From Octopus sinensis (taxonomy: Eukaryota), in contig NC_042997.1 in the NCBI RefSeq assembly GCF_006345805.1, forward strand, positions 5,642,001 to 5,706,000: a stretch of 64,000 nucleotides of DNA, in the 5' to 3' direction. This document shows positions 29,281 to 42,613 of the stretch, piece after piece. The translations under genes were made by a program, and so were the position numbers. The notes beneath the pieces were generated by a model. The model worked only from the letters and a program-made list of their open reading frames with translations. It did no database searches and was not told the origin of the DNA. Numbering within the stretch: position 1 is the stretch's first letter; each line of letters begins with the position of its first letter.

Positions 29281-29588
29281 ACCGTGACCACCGTGACCGT
29301 CCAGGCTATCAGATGTTGCTACACATCGCTGGTCACAATGCGCTTCGCATTGTGTTAGCCTTCAAATGACGCCTCTCCGCTGGCTAAGCGAGCAGACCAA
29401 CAGAAGAAAGAGTGAGAGAAAGTTGTGGGGAAAGAGTACAGCAGAACTCGCCACAACCACACTGCCGGAGCCTCGTGGAGCTTTAGGTGTTTCGCTCAAT
29501 AGACACTCACAAAGCCCGATCTGGGAATCGAAACCGCGATCCTACAATCACAAGTCCGATGCTCTAACCACTAGGTCATTGCGCCTCC
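29281..29588 (-). mobile_element. tRNA-derived SINE, family C (tail variant 1)
   Basis: Minus strand starts GGAGGCGCAATGACCTAGTGGTTAGAGCATCGGAC (A-box), has TTTCGATTCC (B-box-like), and shares TGCTGTACTCTTT-CCACAACTTTCTCTCACTC with 30466-30791. Confidence 0.9.
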
Positions 29589-29608
29589 ACATGCGTACAT
29601 ACGTACAT

Positions 29609-29656
<48 letters not shown>

Positions 29657-29761
29657 TATACATACATATTTGTACGTTGTATGTATTATATGTGTATATA
29701 TATAATATATTATATATATATTTATATTTATATATTAGATATAATATATATATTTATATAG

Positions 29762-29792
<31 letters not shown>

Positions 29793-29797
29793 ATATA

Positions 29798-29846
<49 letters not shown>

Positions 29847-29920
29847 TATATATGATATATATTATATATATTATATATTATATATATATATAATATATAT
29901 ATATATCTATATATATATAT

Positions 29921-29956
<36 letters not shown>

Positions 29957-30465
29957 TCAGTTTATACAAGTCTGTGTATGCGTGTATGGTGATACACCTA
30001 TGAAGATTGATATATTTACAAGTAAATAGACAAAATTATACAAGAGAAACAAATAAATGCACGTATGGTTTTATCTGTTGTTAGATATATTCTTGGAAAA
30101 CATGTGATTCAATTACATGTCTCTGCTGTGATATTTACTTCATAAAAGATTTTTGAATATATTCATGTCGCACTAACTTCGACGCCGTCGTCCGTTTAAT
30201 TATTTTCAGTTAGATTTTCAGTTGTTACCGTTATTAAACAAATAATGGTTTTACACGCCTACTCTAATTCTCTCAACAAACAGTGAAAATTGAAATGTGG
30301 AAGAACGCGTTCAAGAATCATCTGTCTTTACTTGTTAAGCCAAAGGGAGAATTATTAAGACAGGAAAGATTTACTAACAATATATATTTCGTGTCCAAAC
30401 AAAAACTTTCCTGTTTAAATGGTATGTAAACCTCCACTTATTTATTATGTGTGTTGATACGGTTT

Positions 30466-30791
30466 GGAGGTGTAATATCCAAGTGGTTAGTGCAGCGGAC
30501 TCACGGTCGTGGGATTGTGGTTTCGATTCCCATACTGGGCGTTGTGTGTGTTTATTGAGCAAAAACATATAATGTACCACGAGGCTCCAGCAGGGGGTGG
30601 TGGCGTAACCTGCTGTACTCTTTCACCACAACCTTCTCTCACTCCTTCTCCCTGTTTTCTATTGTACCTGTATTTCAAAGGGCCAGCTTTGTTACACAAT
30701 GTGTCTCGCTGAATCTCCCCGAGAACCACGTAAAGTGTGAACGTGTCTGTGGATTCTCAGCCACTTACATATTAATTTCACGAGCAGGCTA
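30466..30791 (+). mobile_element. tRNA-derived SINE, family C (tail variant 2)
   Basis: GGAGGTGTAATATCCAAGTGGTTAG...GGTTTCGATTCC head, and a body shared with 29281-29588. Confidence 0.9.
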
Positions 30792-31171
30792 TCACGAGAC
30801 AAGAATCTTCGAAATATCTATCTATCATTAAAATATATTTTCTCATTTACTCCAAGCTGATGCACCACCTTAAAAGTTCTCAACCAAATTTCGAGTGTAG
30901 ACCCTTTTGATTCCTATTTTACTCGGGTGGATCGTATAACCGACTTATTGCACATAAACCTTACCAACAACATTTTTACGAACATCCAAGAGTCATAGGG
31001 AGATTATTTATCACTAACTACTCGTTGCCAAATTGAGATGATCATCACGTATTCCATGTTATCTTCCCTGAACAAAATTTAAAATTCTTAATTTTAGATA
31101 TTAATTTACCCGTTTATTATCATGTTGCATTCAGATTATTCATCAATAAAAAACATACCTGAATCTATCTG

Positions 31172-31235
<64 letters not shown>

Positions 31236-31269
31236 CCTATCTCTCTCTCTCTCTCTCTCTCTCTCTAAA

Positions 31270-32795
31270 AAGACCCCTCCGAGACAACCTCACTCAGGCT
31301 GAATTGATTGCACTTCGCCACCTCCGTCGCTGCAATGACATTGTCATCAAACCGGCGGACAAAGGCGGAGCAGTGGTGGTGTGACGCCAAGATCTATACA
31401 GGGAGGAAGCGCTCAGCCAGCTTCAAAATCCCCTCTTCTATCGCCTCCTCTCCTCCGATCCCACCTCTTCCTACCAACAGCGAGTGTCCTCCATCATGCA
31501 CGACCTCATCTCCTCTTCTTCTCTACCCCCCACCGCCACCAATCTCATCGTCCGCACACCCCGCACCTCCACCATCTATTTCCTTCCCAAAATTCATAAA
31601 CCCAATAACCCTGGCCGCCTCATCGTTTCCGCCTGTAATTGCCCCACTGAACACCTTTCCCTATACCTCGACCGCATCCTCTCCCCCTTAGTCGCAGCCC
31701 TCCCATCCCATATACATGACACCAACCACGCTCTCCGTCTCTAAATTCCTTCTTCCTTCCCTTCCAGCCCTCACACCTCCTCTTCACCTTACACATAAAA
31801 TATATGTATAAGCTAATTCCCTTCAACAACGGTCTCTTAGCCCTCCAACACTTTCTCGGCTGTCGTCCCGACCCCACCCCCAGCACCCCACCCTTCTCCG
31901 CCTGACAGAGCTCGTCCTCACCCTCAACTGTTTCATATTCGCCGGGGAAACGTACTAATAGTGTCCTGGGTCGCAATGGGAACGAGAATGGGCCCCAATT
32001 TCGCCAATCTCTTTGATGGCTACATTGAGGCCCAAGTATTCTCCCAATTCTCCTGGCCAACCCCAGAACTATACGGTCGCTACATAGACGACTGCATTGG
32101 CGCCACCTCCTTATCCCGCGAACAACTCTGCCACTTCATCTCTTTCCTCTCTAACTTCCACCACTCTCTACAATTCACTTCCGCCATCTCCAATAACTCT
32201 GTCAACTTCCTTGATATCTCTCTCAGCATCGACCACCCCTCCCACTCTCTCACCACCTCCGCCTTCTTCAAACCCACGGATTCCAACCTCTTTCTCAACT
32301 TCTCCTCCTCCCATCCCTTCCACACCAAACGGGCCATCCCCTATTCCCAGTTCCTTTGCCTCCAAAGCTTGTGCAGCCGCGACCAGGATTTCGAGACCCA
32401 GTCTCAATACCTGGCCCGGCTGTTCAGGCATCGAGGATACCCACCTACACTGGTCTTGAACGACCTCGCCCGCCCCCTCGCATCGACCGCACCACCGCCC
32501 TTTCTCCTTCCTCTCACCCACCCCCGAACCGCACCCACTTTCCTCTCCTTTTCCACCCTTCTACTCTACCCCTTCGTCGGAAGATACTCCGAGCCTTCCG
32601 TCGCCTCCAGCTCGATCAAATGACCCGCCCCATTTTCCCCAACCCACCCCTGTCCTCCTTCAAACGAGCCCGGTATCTACGTGACCTCCTGGTCCGTAGC
32701 ATCCACTTTCTTCCCCCTCAGCCCAACACGGATCCTTCCCGTGCTCCAGATCCCGCTGCAACACCTGCCCCTTAATCACCAACACCACTGCTGTC
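31270..32795 (+). pseudogene. Penelope-like element (probably Neptune group) RT relic; endonuclease absent
   Basis: IVIKPADKGGAVVV*, IYFLPKIHKPNNPGRLIVS, VAMGTRMGPNFANLF, YGRYIDD, NFLDI, KPTDSNLFLNFSSSHP..TKRAIPYSQFL, GYP, then Cys linker CSRSRCNTCP. Several stops and frameshifts. Confidence 0.95.
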
Positions 32796-32799
32796 AATT

Positions 32800-33640
32800 A
32801 TAAAGTGTGTGCTTGCATACCTGCATATACACACATAAAAACATATAAACACACATATAAACCCCTACATTTGTACATACACGCACATATATACATACAT
32901 TCACTCCCACGCACGTACACACACACACATTTACATATATATATATACAATACACGCACACACACATACACACGTACAAATACACACACATTCACATACA
33001 CACCGACACATATACATACATGCAATATATATCTACACGCTGGCACACATACACATACGTACACATATATGCACATACACACACATACATACGCACACAT
33101 ACGCACGCACACACGCAAAACTCACAACACCACGGATACACGCATATACATCCATATACGCTTACACACACACATACAAACGCACATATACACGCACACA
33201 CAACTACACGCACATACATACACACACACAAATGAACCCACACATACATCCCATACACACGGCACACAATTATACATACATATATATATATACACACACA
33301 CGTACAAGCACACACGCACACATACACTAAGTTAAGCACAGTTACTCGCCACACAGCCAAACTCTACGCATACACACGCGAACACACACATACACACACA
33401 GTACAAACAAAACACACACATGATACATATACATACACACACACATACCTCTTTGTTTTTGACCTGTGACTGGACCCAAAAACACCACTCCTTAATTCTT
33501 ACATACTGGCCTGCTAGTAGCCAGTTGTTCGCCATACACACATACACACACACACGCACACACACGTGTCATCATTTCACACATACACACACACGCGCAC
33601 ACGCTGACCTCCCCGCACGCACACATCCACACACATACTC
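32800..33640. repeat. Degenerate (CA)n/(CATA)n array interrupting the PLE
   Basis: About 840 bp of CA/TA-rich low-complexity sequence directly after the Cys linker. Confidence 0.9.
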
Positions 33641-33719
33641 CCTCACTTTCTTTACCATACTGTCTTTGATAAACTCTCCTGTCTTTAAAACTCATTATTT
33701 TTCTACCTTACTACTTCCG

Positions 33720-33932
33720 TCTTTCAATATGTGACCTCGTGAGTACCACTGGCAATGTTTTTGCTCTGTCTTCCCCTCTCGGGATCTTTCCTTCTCCTAT
33801 GCTTCCGACGAAGAGCTTCGCTCGAAACGTTAAATCCTCCTTCTTCCCTTCTTTCCTGAGCGTCCAATAATACTTTATTTGTTCTACGTCTTTGCGTTGT
33901 TGTGTTTTTTGTTTTCTTGTTTGGATTAACTT

Positions 33933-33935
<3 letters not shown>
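33720..33935 (+). mobile_element. PLE 3' pseudo-LTR-like tail
   Basis: Contains the HHR-like core and the TTCCTGAGCGTCCAA motif shared with the 60.1-kb PLE tail; ends at (TA)n. Confidence 0.75.
33803..33833 (+). ncRNA. Hammerhead-like motif with non-canonical core
   Basis: CCGACGA-A-GAGC(TTC)GCTC-GAAAC-GTT. C in place of U4, 4-bp stem II, palindromic ACGT stem III, stem I only 2 bp. Confidence 0.55.
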
Positions 33936-33965
<30 letters not shown>

Positions 33966-34532
33966 GGAGAGAAAGAGAGAGAGAGAGAGAGAGATAGAAA
34001 GTTATATAGATAGACACATACATAAAACACATACATATATACATACATATATACATGCATACATACATAAATTTGAATATGTAATTTAGTTTCTTACAGT
34101 CGAGAAAGATGTTTCTGCAATATCTTGTGAACAACCTGCACAGATGATTAGTTCATAGGGATTAAATGTTCGTGCTATACTGTACCTCGATCTCTCCATC
34201 AAATCGACATTGTTTGCACAGGTACATGGTGTATCACACGTCAGATGTCAAAATGGTCGCAGTGTAATCTCAGAGGAATTGTTCTGCTCAAGAACACAAT
34301 GAACATGTAAACAGACACACACAAACACACACAGACACATAGACACACACGCACACACACATATATATATATACCTACCTACATGTTTATATGCATAATG
34401 TACACACATGCACATATTGAAGTCTGTATGCACATATCATATGGAGACAAATATGTGGATACCTTTATAATATATATTATTATGTATATATATGTATATA
34501 TAATATATATATATATATATGTATATATATAT

Positions 34533-34629
<97 letters not shown>

Positions 34630-36698
34630 ATATATAAGTATACACGTATATATTTTTAAGTGCTTCTTACGTATTACTTGAAAGAAAATTGATTCTCAAC
34701 ATATTTTATGTTTTGTTACATTTATGTCTGTCTCTTCGTATACACAGCGACACAAGATTGATTTAGATTTTTGTAAAGGATAAAAGTGGAAGAATAACTT
34801 GTAATGGATGATTAGACATCTGAAAGTTTAGGCACATACGAATGTTTGTTGGGTTTTTAGAGTCAAAAGTTCATTTAAATGCGGTTGCGTATAAATCAAA
34901 AGTATAAGTGAATTGACAGTTTGAAGAGTAGAAGTAAACGATGGAATTGAAGGGGAAAGCTATATGTCATACACATGGATACATATATAAATGAAACAAT
35001 AAGTATTATAATATATATGTGTATGTGTGTGTGTGTATGTGTGTGTATGCATGTGGTTGTGCTTGAAGCAAATGAATGCATATATATATATGTGTCTCTG
35101 TGTATGATTGCATATGTATATATGTATGTGTGTATGTATGCATGCATGTATGTATGCATGTATGTATGTGTGTATGAATGTATGTATGTATAAATCAGTA
35201 AATATGTTCCATTATATAGGAATATATCAAAATCTATGTCTGTATATAAACATGTCTATATATAAACTATAGACATTGTAGTCAATTTATGGTGGTAAGT
35301 CAAGGGTATTGACGTTTCGTAAAAGAAACATTGAAATTGCACTCACGCTTGTGCGTGTGTGTATATATTCGTACGTGTATATAAAGCTTAAAATATGTCG
35401 AATGTATATAATACATGAAGTAGGTGCATTATTTTCAGTAGAAGTTTGCTATCACTCTGTCACATCTCTGTGATATACGCGATAATGCATTCGTCAGGTA
35501 CAGAAAAAAATTCATTGTGTTAAGCTGTGTCTTCCAAATGTATATCTTTCCACATCTTCAAATATTCTTCTTATGTTTATTAGTTGTCAAGAGAGGCGTA
35601 AATTTCATCACTATTTTAATTTGTACTGTAGCCATTGAGAAATGGCTAAATTCTTACTCCTTTGAAATTTTACAAAAAAAATTATTATTATGTTTATATG
35701 AACTCTATTCTTAGTTAACTTACGTATTCTAGACTGGTATGGTTATGTTCATCTTGTCTCTAATCTGAAAGGATTTATGAAGAATTGGGAACTTTTTTGA
35801 ATGTTTACGATCCTACTTTTTGTTTAAAAAGGCGTTAATAAATAAACTATTACACTCAAAAGAATAATGGAATAACTGATCCGCAAACTTCTAGAGTAAA
35901 TATAACTATCACTGACGAAAAAGGAATGGGAAAAGGTGTTGGTTGATTATTTTGTTCCGTTAAAAAATTTTTTGTTCAATACATTTAAGTTATTTTATAG
36001 CTTTTGCGCTACATTTCTTTGTTATTTTTCGGGAATTTTTTTACTAGTAATTTTCTCCATAAGGTAGTGATCAAATACGTCAGCGATCAAAAAATTGTTT
36101 CACAACTATTGGTGAAACAGATCGATTTTACCTAGTTATTAAAAAAAAAAAAAATACAAAGAAATTATCTTATCACCTGCAGTTTCTTCACAAACTCAAA
36201 CATTGGATTTTACCATTATACCTGAATTTTATCATTATGCCCCAATTTTTCTATTGTCTTTTATTATGTCTATTAATTGCCATATTGAAATAAACTGTTA
36301 CAGTATAATTAATAGGTGTAAATTAAGCTATAACAGTATAATTAATAGGTTTAACTGAAAAACAGAAGCGTCTAACAACATTTAGACCGTTTCAACTACA
36401 CAAAAAGGTTCTTGCATCACTGTGGCTTCAGTTACACGCAAGCAATGTGGAGAGGAAAACGCGCTTTACAAGGTTACGTTGCTTGGGTTAAACCATATCA
36501 TTTTAATTTTTTCTGTTATGTCTTCATGCTATTCTTTATTGCATATATAATACCTACTTTGTTTTATTGTATCGTAGTTAACGTTTCAATACTTCTTTAA
36601 TGATATTCTGTAAACATTTTGATTGTTAATCAAATATATACTGTTAAACATTTTCCTTTTCCATTCCCTTGCAGAGTTCCACATCGTTTGAACCTAGA

Positions 36699-36770
36699 AT
36701 GTCTTCTAGAAGATGGGAATCAAGCCCGGATGTACTTTGTTATATTTGTGACGACTACATGAATACATTT
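36699..36770 (+). pseudogene. Possible DNA-transposase N-terminal relic (PDxxCYIC motif)
   Basis: MSSRRWESSPDVLCYICDDY resembles the N-terminal PDxFCYICGE(Y/F) Cys motif of a widespread animal DNA-transposase-like family; truncated by a (GT)n tract. Superfamily not assigned. Confidence 0.35.
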
Positions 36771-36782
36771 TTTTTTGCTCGC

Positions 36783-36816
<34 letters not shown>

Positions 36817-37344
36817 GTGTGCATGTTTGTATAGAAAAACGCATAAAATTTACATTTTTGAGTATAATGATTCTTCTCGATCGTTGTATGATAACGAGTA
36901 ATGAGATGAAGTATTTAGAATAATGGAAAAAATTAATAATATGCAAAGCGAGATATTTAAACATAGCAACATAGAAATACGCAAAACATACAGAAGACAA
37001 TAAAACTCTGAATGCGTAAACATAGCTGCATTAATTACATTTTTACTTATTTGTCCATTCGTATGTAACTCCATTCGTGCATATACATGGCGGACCAATT
37101 TATACTCATTGTTATGCTCATTGCATCAAATTCATATTTATGAAAGTCCACTTATAACTGGAAACAATAGCAAAAATTCCATTGTTAGAAGTCACATGCT
37201 GTCAATGTTATTTGTATTTATAGGCTAAACGCAAGGTTAATTAAAATACATCTTTACGGACCTTTCTTTATAAATAAACATTTTATCTACAAATTAACTG
37301 TATATGTAGAATTTTTTATAGTTTAGGAGTTTTAATTGCGAGGC

Positions 37345-37510
37345 AAACACCTTGATATGAGACCTAGTGCTGAAACTGAAACTTTTGCAGCGTGGAAGAC
37401 ACGTTAACCATTTAAAAACTCGCAAAACTGTTTGCTTCACTTAAACATCTGTTGTAATACGGTATAAAACTATACGTCATATTACATGGGACCTGTTCAT
37501 TGAGAAGTGT
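37345..37510 (+). mobile_element. Old copy of MITE-like family E
   Basis: TTGCAGCGTGGAAG...CCATTTAA...TTCACTTAAACAT...GACCTGTTCA matches 47077-47290. Confidence 0.6.
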
Positions 37511-38007
37511 ACAGAGTGTTTCAGTGTAATTTTGAGAGAGTGCTCGTTCCAGAGATCAGGCCGCAGTTCGCGCTATGAAAAGTTTGATGAAAAATTAGTG
37601 ACGGTAAATTTTTAAGTGAAGTTCACACTCTTTGTATGTTTTCGCATGGCTAAAATATGTCATCCATGCTGCGACTGTTATAGTATTATACACACTGATA
37701 TATGCCCTAATTTAGCATTTCTAAATGTTGAATCCTTTCTTTGTTGTTAAGAGATAGATACTAGAAGAAAACGTTTTCCCACCCCTACTTACGTTTCTTT
37801 CTGAAAATGCATACACAAAATAATACCCTTCACTTGGCTCTTACAATCCTACTGTGCTTCTGTGATACATTTATTCACACACACACACATATTCCATACT
37901 GATCAGTACCCTTGCACGGATATATATATATATAAAATACATCTAATATATATATATATATATAATACATCTAATACATATATATATATATATATTATAT
38001 ATATATA

Positions 38008-38067
<60 letters not shown>

Positions 38068-38165
38068 CATCTAATATATATATATATAATACATCTAATA
38101 CATATATATATATATATATTATATATATATATATATATATATGTATAATACATCTAATATATATA

Positions 38166-38350
38166 TATCTAATGCGCTTGGCTTAGATTTTCCTTTGGGG
38201 CTGGCCAGATCGAAGCAATCTCAAGGTTAATCAGCCGAAATTGCGAGTATGATCCGGTTCTTGACTGAAGATTGAAGGCTTCGAATTTCGCCTCCGTGTT
38301 TTATGTATCGTCTTCTAAATGTTTTGCGTTTTTGTCCCAGTTTGTATTTT
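38166..38350 (+). mobile_element. Short PLE-tail-like repeat related to the 48.8/49.5-kb repeats
   Basis: Shares TCTAATGC, GGGGCTGGCC, CAGCCGAAATT and GACTGAAGATTGAAGGCTTCGAA with both 48781-49176 and 49467-49860; embedded in (TA)n. Confidence 0.75.
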
Positions 38351-38811
38351 TTTTACATATACATATATATATATACATATACATACAAATACATATATAT
38401 ATATATATTTATATAGATATATATATGTATGTATGTATGTATGTATATATACAGGTACACATAAGCACACATGTACGTACGTATGTATGTATGTATGTAT
38501 GTATATATGTATGGATGTGTGTATATATTCTTGCAAATATGGGCACAGGACATAAAAAAACGTTGGACACAAACACACACACAGGTACACAAGCATACTT
38601 ATAAAGAGATAGAGAGCGACAGAATTACACACAAAGAGAGACACTGACGACACACGTGCTCACACATACATATTCCCATTCCGTCCACACACATGCTAAC
38701 ATACACACAACCACCCTCACCAATTCAGACAGCCACATCCATCCATTCACACACCCTTCAGACAACGCACCCGCACTCCACCTCATCTCTGTCTGTCTGT
38801 CTCTCTGTCTC

Positions 38812-38843
<32 letters not shown>

Positions 38844-39242
38844 ACACGTACACGCACACACGTGCACACAAGCACACACAGCCACTCTCACTTATTCACA
38901 GTGACACCCAACCATTCACACACCCTTTAGACAACGCACCCACACCCAAACTCACCACTCTTAACTTCTCACGCAGTCGCACACAGACACTAACTCACGC
39001 ACACCTCAACTCACACACACACAACATACACATAGAAGCATATACATAGAGACACACACGTACATACACGCACACACAAGCATACATACACGAACATACA
39101 CTTCCAAACTCACACGCACGCACATACACATTCACACACACCCACCAGCATACACGAACATACATACATGTAAAGGGAGGGAGAGAGTGGCACAGAGAGA
39201 CTGAGACATACACATGCACCCATACACATGTTCACACATATA

Positions 39243-39474
39243 CTATTTCTTTACTACCCATAAGGGGCTAAACAGAGAGGGGTCGAACAAGGACAGAGAA
39301 ACAGATTAAGTCGATTATATCGACCCCAGTGCGTAACTGGTACTTATTTACTCGACCCCGAAAGGATGAAAGGCAAAGTCGACCTCGGCGGAATTTGAAC
39401 TCAGGACGTAGGGACAGAAAAATGCTGCTGAGCATTTCGCCCGGTGTGCTAACGATTCTGCCAGCTCGCCGCCT
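39243..39474 (-). mobile_element. tRNA-derived SINE, family B, full length
   Basis: Minus strand: AGGCGGCGAGCTGGCAGAATCGTTAG (A-box) and GAGTTCAAATTCC (B-box); collinear with 50946-51178. Confidence 0.92.
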
Positions 39475-40534
39475 ACACATGCCAACACACATACATCCAC
39501 AGCCACCACTTCATATATCTTCAGACTACTTTTCAGACACCATTCTAACTACCCATGTCTCCCATATACGCACACATGCAAAAACACACGTATACACACT
39601 TCCACAGTCACCCATACACACACCTGTCACTATAGCTGCTGATTTCTCACTACGACAGCAACACAAACACACTGACCATTCACAGAACACAAGCACATGT
39701 AAACAGTTAATTGTGTGTCTACACAGACACACAATTAATACCACGCATCTCACACACACACCCAGTTGCCACCATACGTATACACACACACACTCAGTTA
39801 CTGCCACACACATACGCGCTAACATATGCACACACACTACCACATATACTCAATGGCTGCCAAAAACTCATGCTACTATACACACACACGCTATCACACA
39901 AACATGTCACCATACACGCGCACACACACACACTCACAAGCACACACATAACAACTATTTTTCACACTCTCCAATCCCAGAAAGCACTTTGTCCATCTAC
40001 TTACAGTCATTTAAAAAATGGACTGTTAGCGATTTTTTTTTTCCTCCTTTTTCTTTTTGTCTTCCCAATGTCTCCTGTTTCCGAAGAAGAGCTATGCTTG
40101 AAACGTGAAGCAGCCACTCTTTCCTTCTCTGATCGTCTCATCAATACTTTGCATATGGTACGACCTTGCATCGTTGTTTTCTCTTGTTTTTTTTTTCACC
40201 GTTTTTTTTTTTAATTTTATTTTAATAACACACACACACATATATATGGAGACAGATACAGATAGATAGAGACAGAGAAATAGAGACAGACAGACAGACA
40301 GACAGACAGATAGATAGATATATAGATAAGTTTCTTTATTGGCCACACAGGGCTGCACACAGATGGGACAAGTTACAAGGTAGAGTTTTTCTTTGGGGGG
40401 AGGGATGAAAAAAAAACAAAAAAGAAAAAAAAAAGAAAAAAAATGGGTTTTCGATCAAAAGGGATCTTAAAAGGGGGAAAAAGGAAAAGAAAAAAGAAAA
40501 AAGGGAAAAGATAGATAGATAGATAGATAGATAT

Positions 40535-40570
<36 letters not shown>

Positions 40571-41910
40571 TTATATAGATAGATATATAACATGTTCTGT
40601 TGTGTCTGTGAAATATTGCAAATAAAATCCAAAAATGAAATATTTAACGTGTAAGAATTGAAAAGTATATGGTACTAAATATTTTACACATAGCAAACTC
40701 TATCTCATGTAGAATTGGAGTGGAGTGGGAAAATATGTTTATTATATTGCAGCATGTCAGTCTAATCCACGTCCGTAAGGCAAAATTGAAGTTCAATAGA
40801 ATATTTTGATACACTAGCACTTACATGCACACGCACGCACTCACACACATACAAGCACAACATACGCGCACAAACCTTGTATGTGTGCGCATACATATGT
40901 GCATAAGTGGGTATAAGTGTACGTACTTCGAATGCATACGTATGAGACCGATTCACTATAGAGGTGTACTCAGGACCCATCCTTTTTTCTTTATTACACA
41001 TATACATGACTTTTAGCCACTTGCCATATATACTTTTTAATTAGTTGTAGAGTACACTCTGATGAAATGCCTCGATCACACGAACGAAGATATGGTTTGC
41101 GAAGTATTCCAGTCACTAGTTATCATAAACGCATACACAGACAAACATACTTGCTCACACACACGCATACACACACGTGCCCGCACGTGCACACAAAAAA
41201 GACAAACACATACACATACAAATGTGCAATTTTGTTTATGCGTTTATTTCTGCGCACGCTATTATGCATGTGAATTTATTACAAAAAATATATATAAAAA
41301 CTTTCAATTTATACCACAATAAAATTACTTTCTTATCTAGATGTTCCCACTCGTAATGTGTGTTATTTGATTCTCTGTAGACAATTAATATAGTCTCCAG
41401 TCTAGGAAATTGTAGAGAAACTAGAATACTAACGCGACGGTTGAGGATGTTAATTATCTATGATATGAGGTTTTCAAACAACAAGTATGTCTACTAATTA
41501 TATGTGTACTAATTAACAAACATATGTTTATGAGTATGAGTAAAGACGTTGTAAGTCTATTTTCCTAAGTAGCTTTTTGCTCTTCCACACTATGAAATCT
41601 AGTGTAAATTAGGAAAATATATGTTTTTTTTAAGGAATAAAAATGTAGCATTATTAAATTGACACGTAACTGTGCCTGTAGCTTATAGAAGTTCGTATGA
41701 AATGTATGTACGTAAGTGTGTATATATACATATGCTTAGTGCGCCGATGTAACCACATAGCCCATCACATACGCATTCATGTATTTACAGGTGTGTGTGT
41801 GTGTGCATATATATACTTATATATATGCACACATATATATGTATATATATATGTATACATATACCTATATATACACACATATATATATGTATACACACAC
41901 ACATATGCAT

Positions 41911-41941
<31 letters not shown>

Positions 41942-42078
41942 CTATATATATATATTATATATATATATAACACAATATACACAAATATATATATATATAT
42001 ATACACATATATACAAATACATACATATATATAATATATATATATAAAGTATATGCAATATATATAGGGTGAGAGTGA

Positions 42079-42118
<40 letters not shown>

Positions 42119-42270
42119 TATTTATTATAAATATATACAAATATATACACACACAAATATATACGTTATATCTTGTATGTTTCTACGTGTGATTGTTGGG
42201 TGTCGATGCGTTTGTACCTACATCCTTCTGTTTTCTCTATTCTACTCCCAGTCTGTGTGTGTATGTGTGT

Positions 42271-42306
<36 letters not shown>

Positions 42307-42455
42307 TAATACATACATTTACGCATATTTTCACATACATAAACAAACTATATATACGTACATGCATGTGTGTATGTTTCTGTGTATAACACATGTATAT
42401 ATACACAGAAGCAAACACACATGCATGTACGTCTCTCTCTCCTCTCTCTCTCTCT

Positions 42456-42526
<71 letters not shown>

Positions 42527-42582
42527 GTATGTATTATTATATATTGTATATATATATATGTATATATGTGTATGTATGTATA

Positions 42583-42613
<31 letters not shown>

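Noticed and set aside
38225-38290. Type II hammerhead reading of CAGCC-GAAA...CTGAAGA..GGCT
   Set aside because: Stems I and III do not pair in any of the three copies, and 5 extra nt separate the core from stem II.
39243-39474. A/B boxes as possible genuine tRNA genes (also in the other SINE heads)
   Set aside because: No cloverleaf or acceptor stem, and the heads are fused to repeated non-tRNA bodies, so they are SINEs.
41058-41110. CTGATGA at about 41059, and similar isolated CTGANGA hits near 13629, 43620, 50757 and 50866
   Set aside because: No properly placed stem II plus GAAA; the heptamer is expected by chance.
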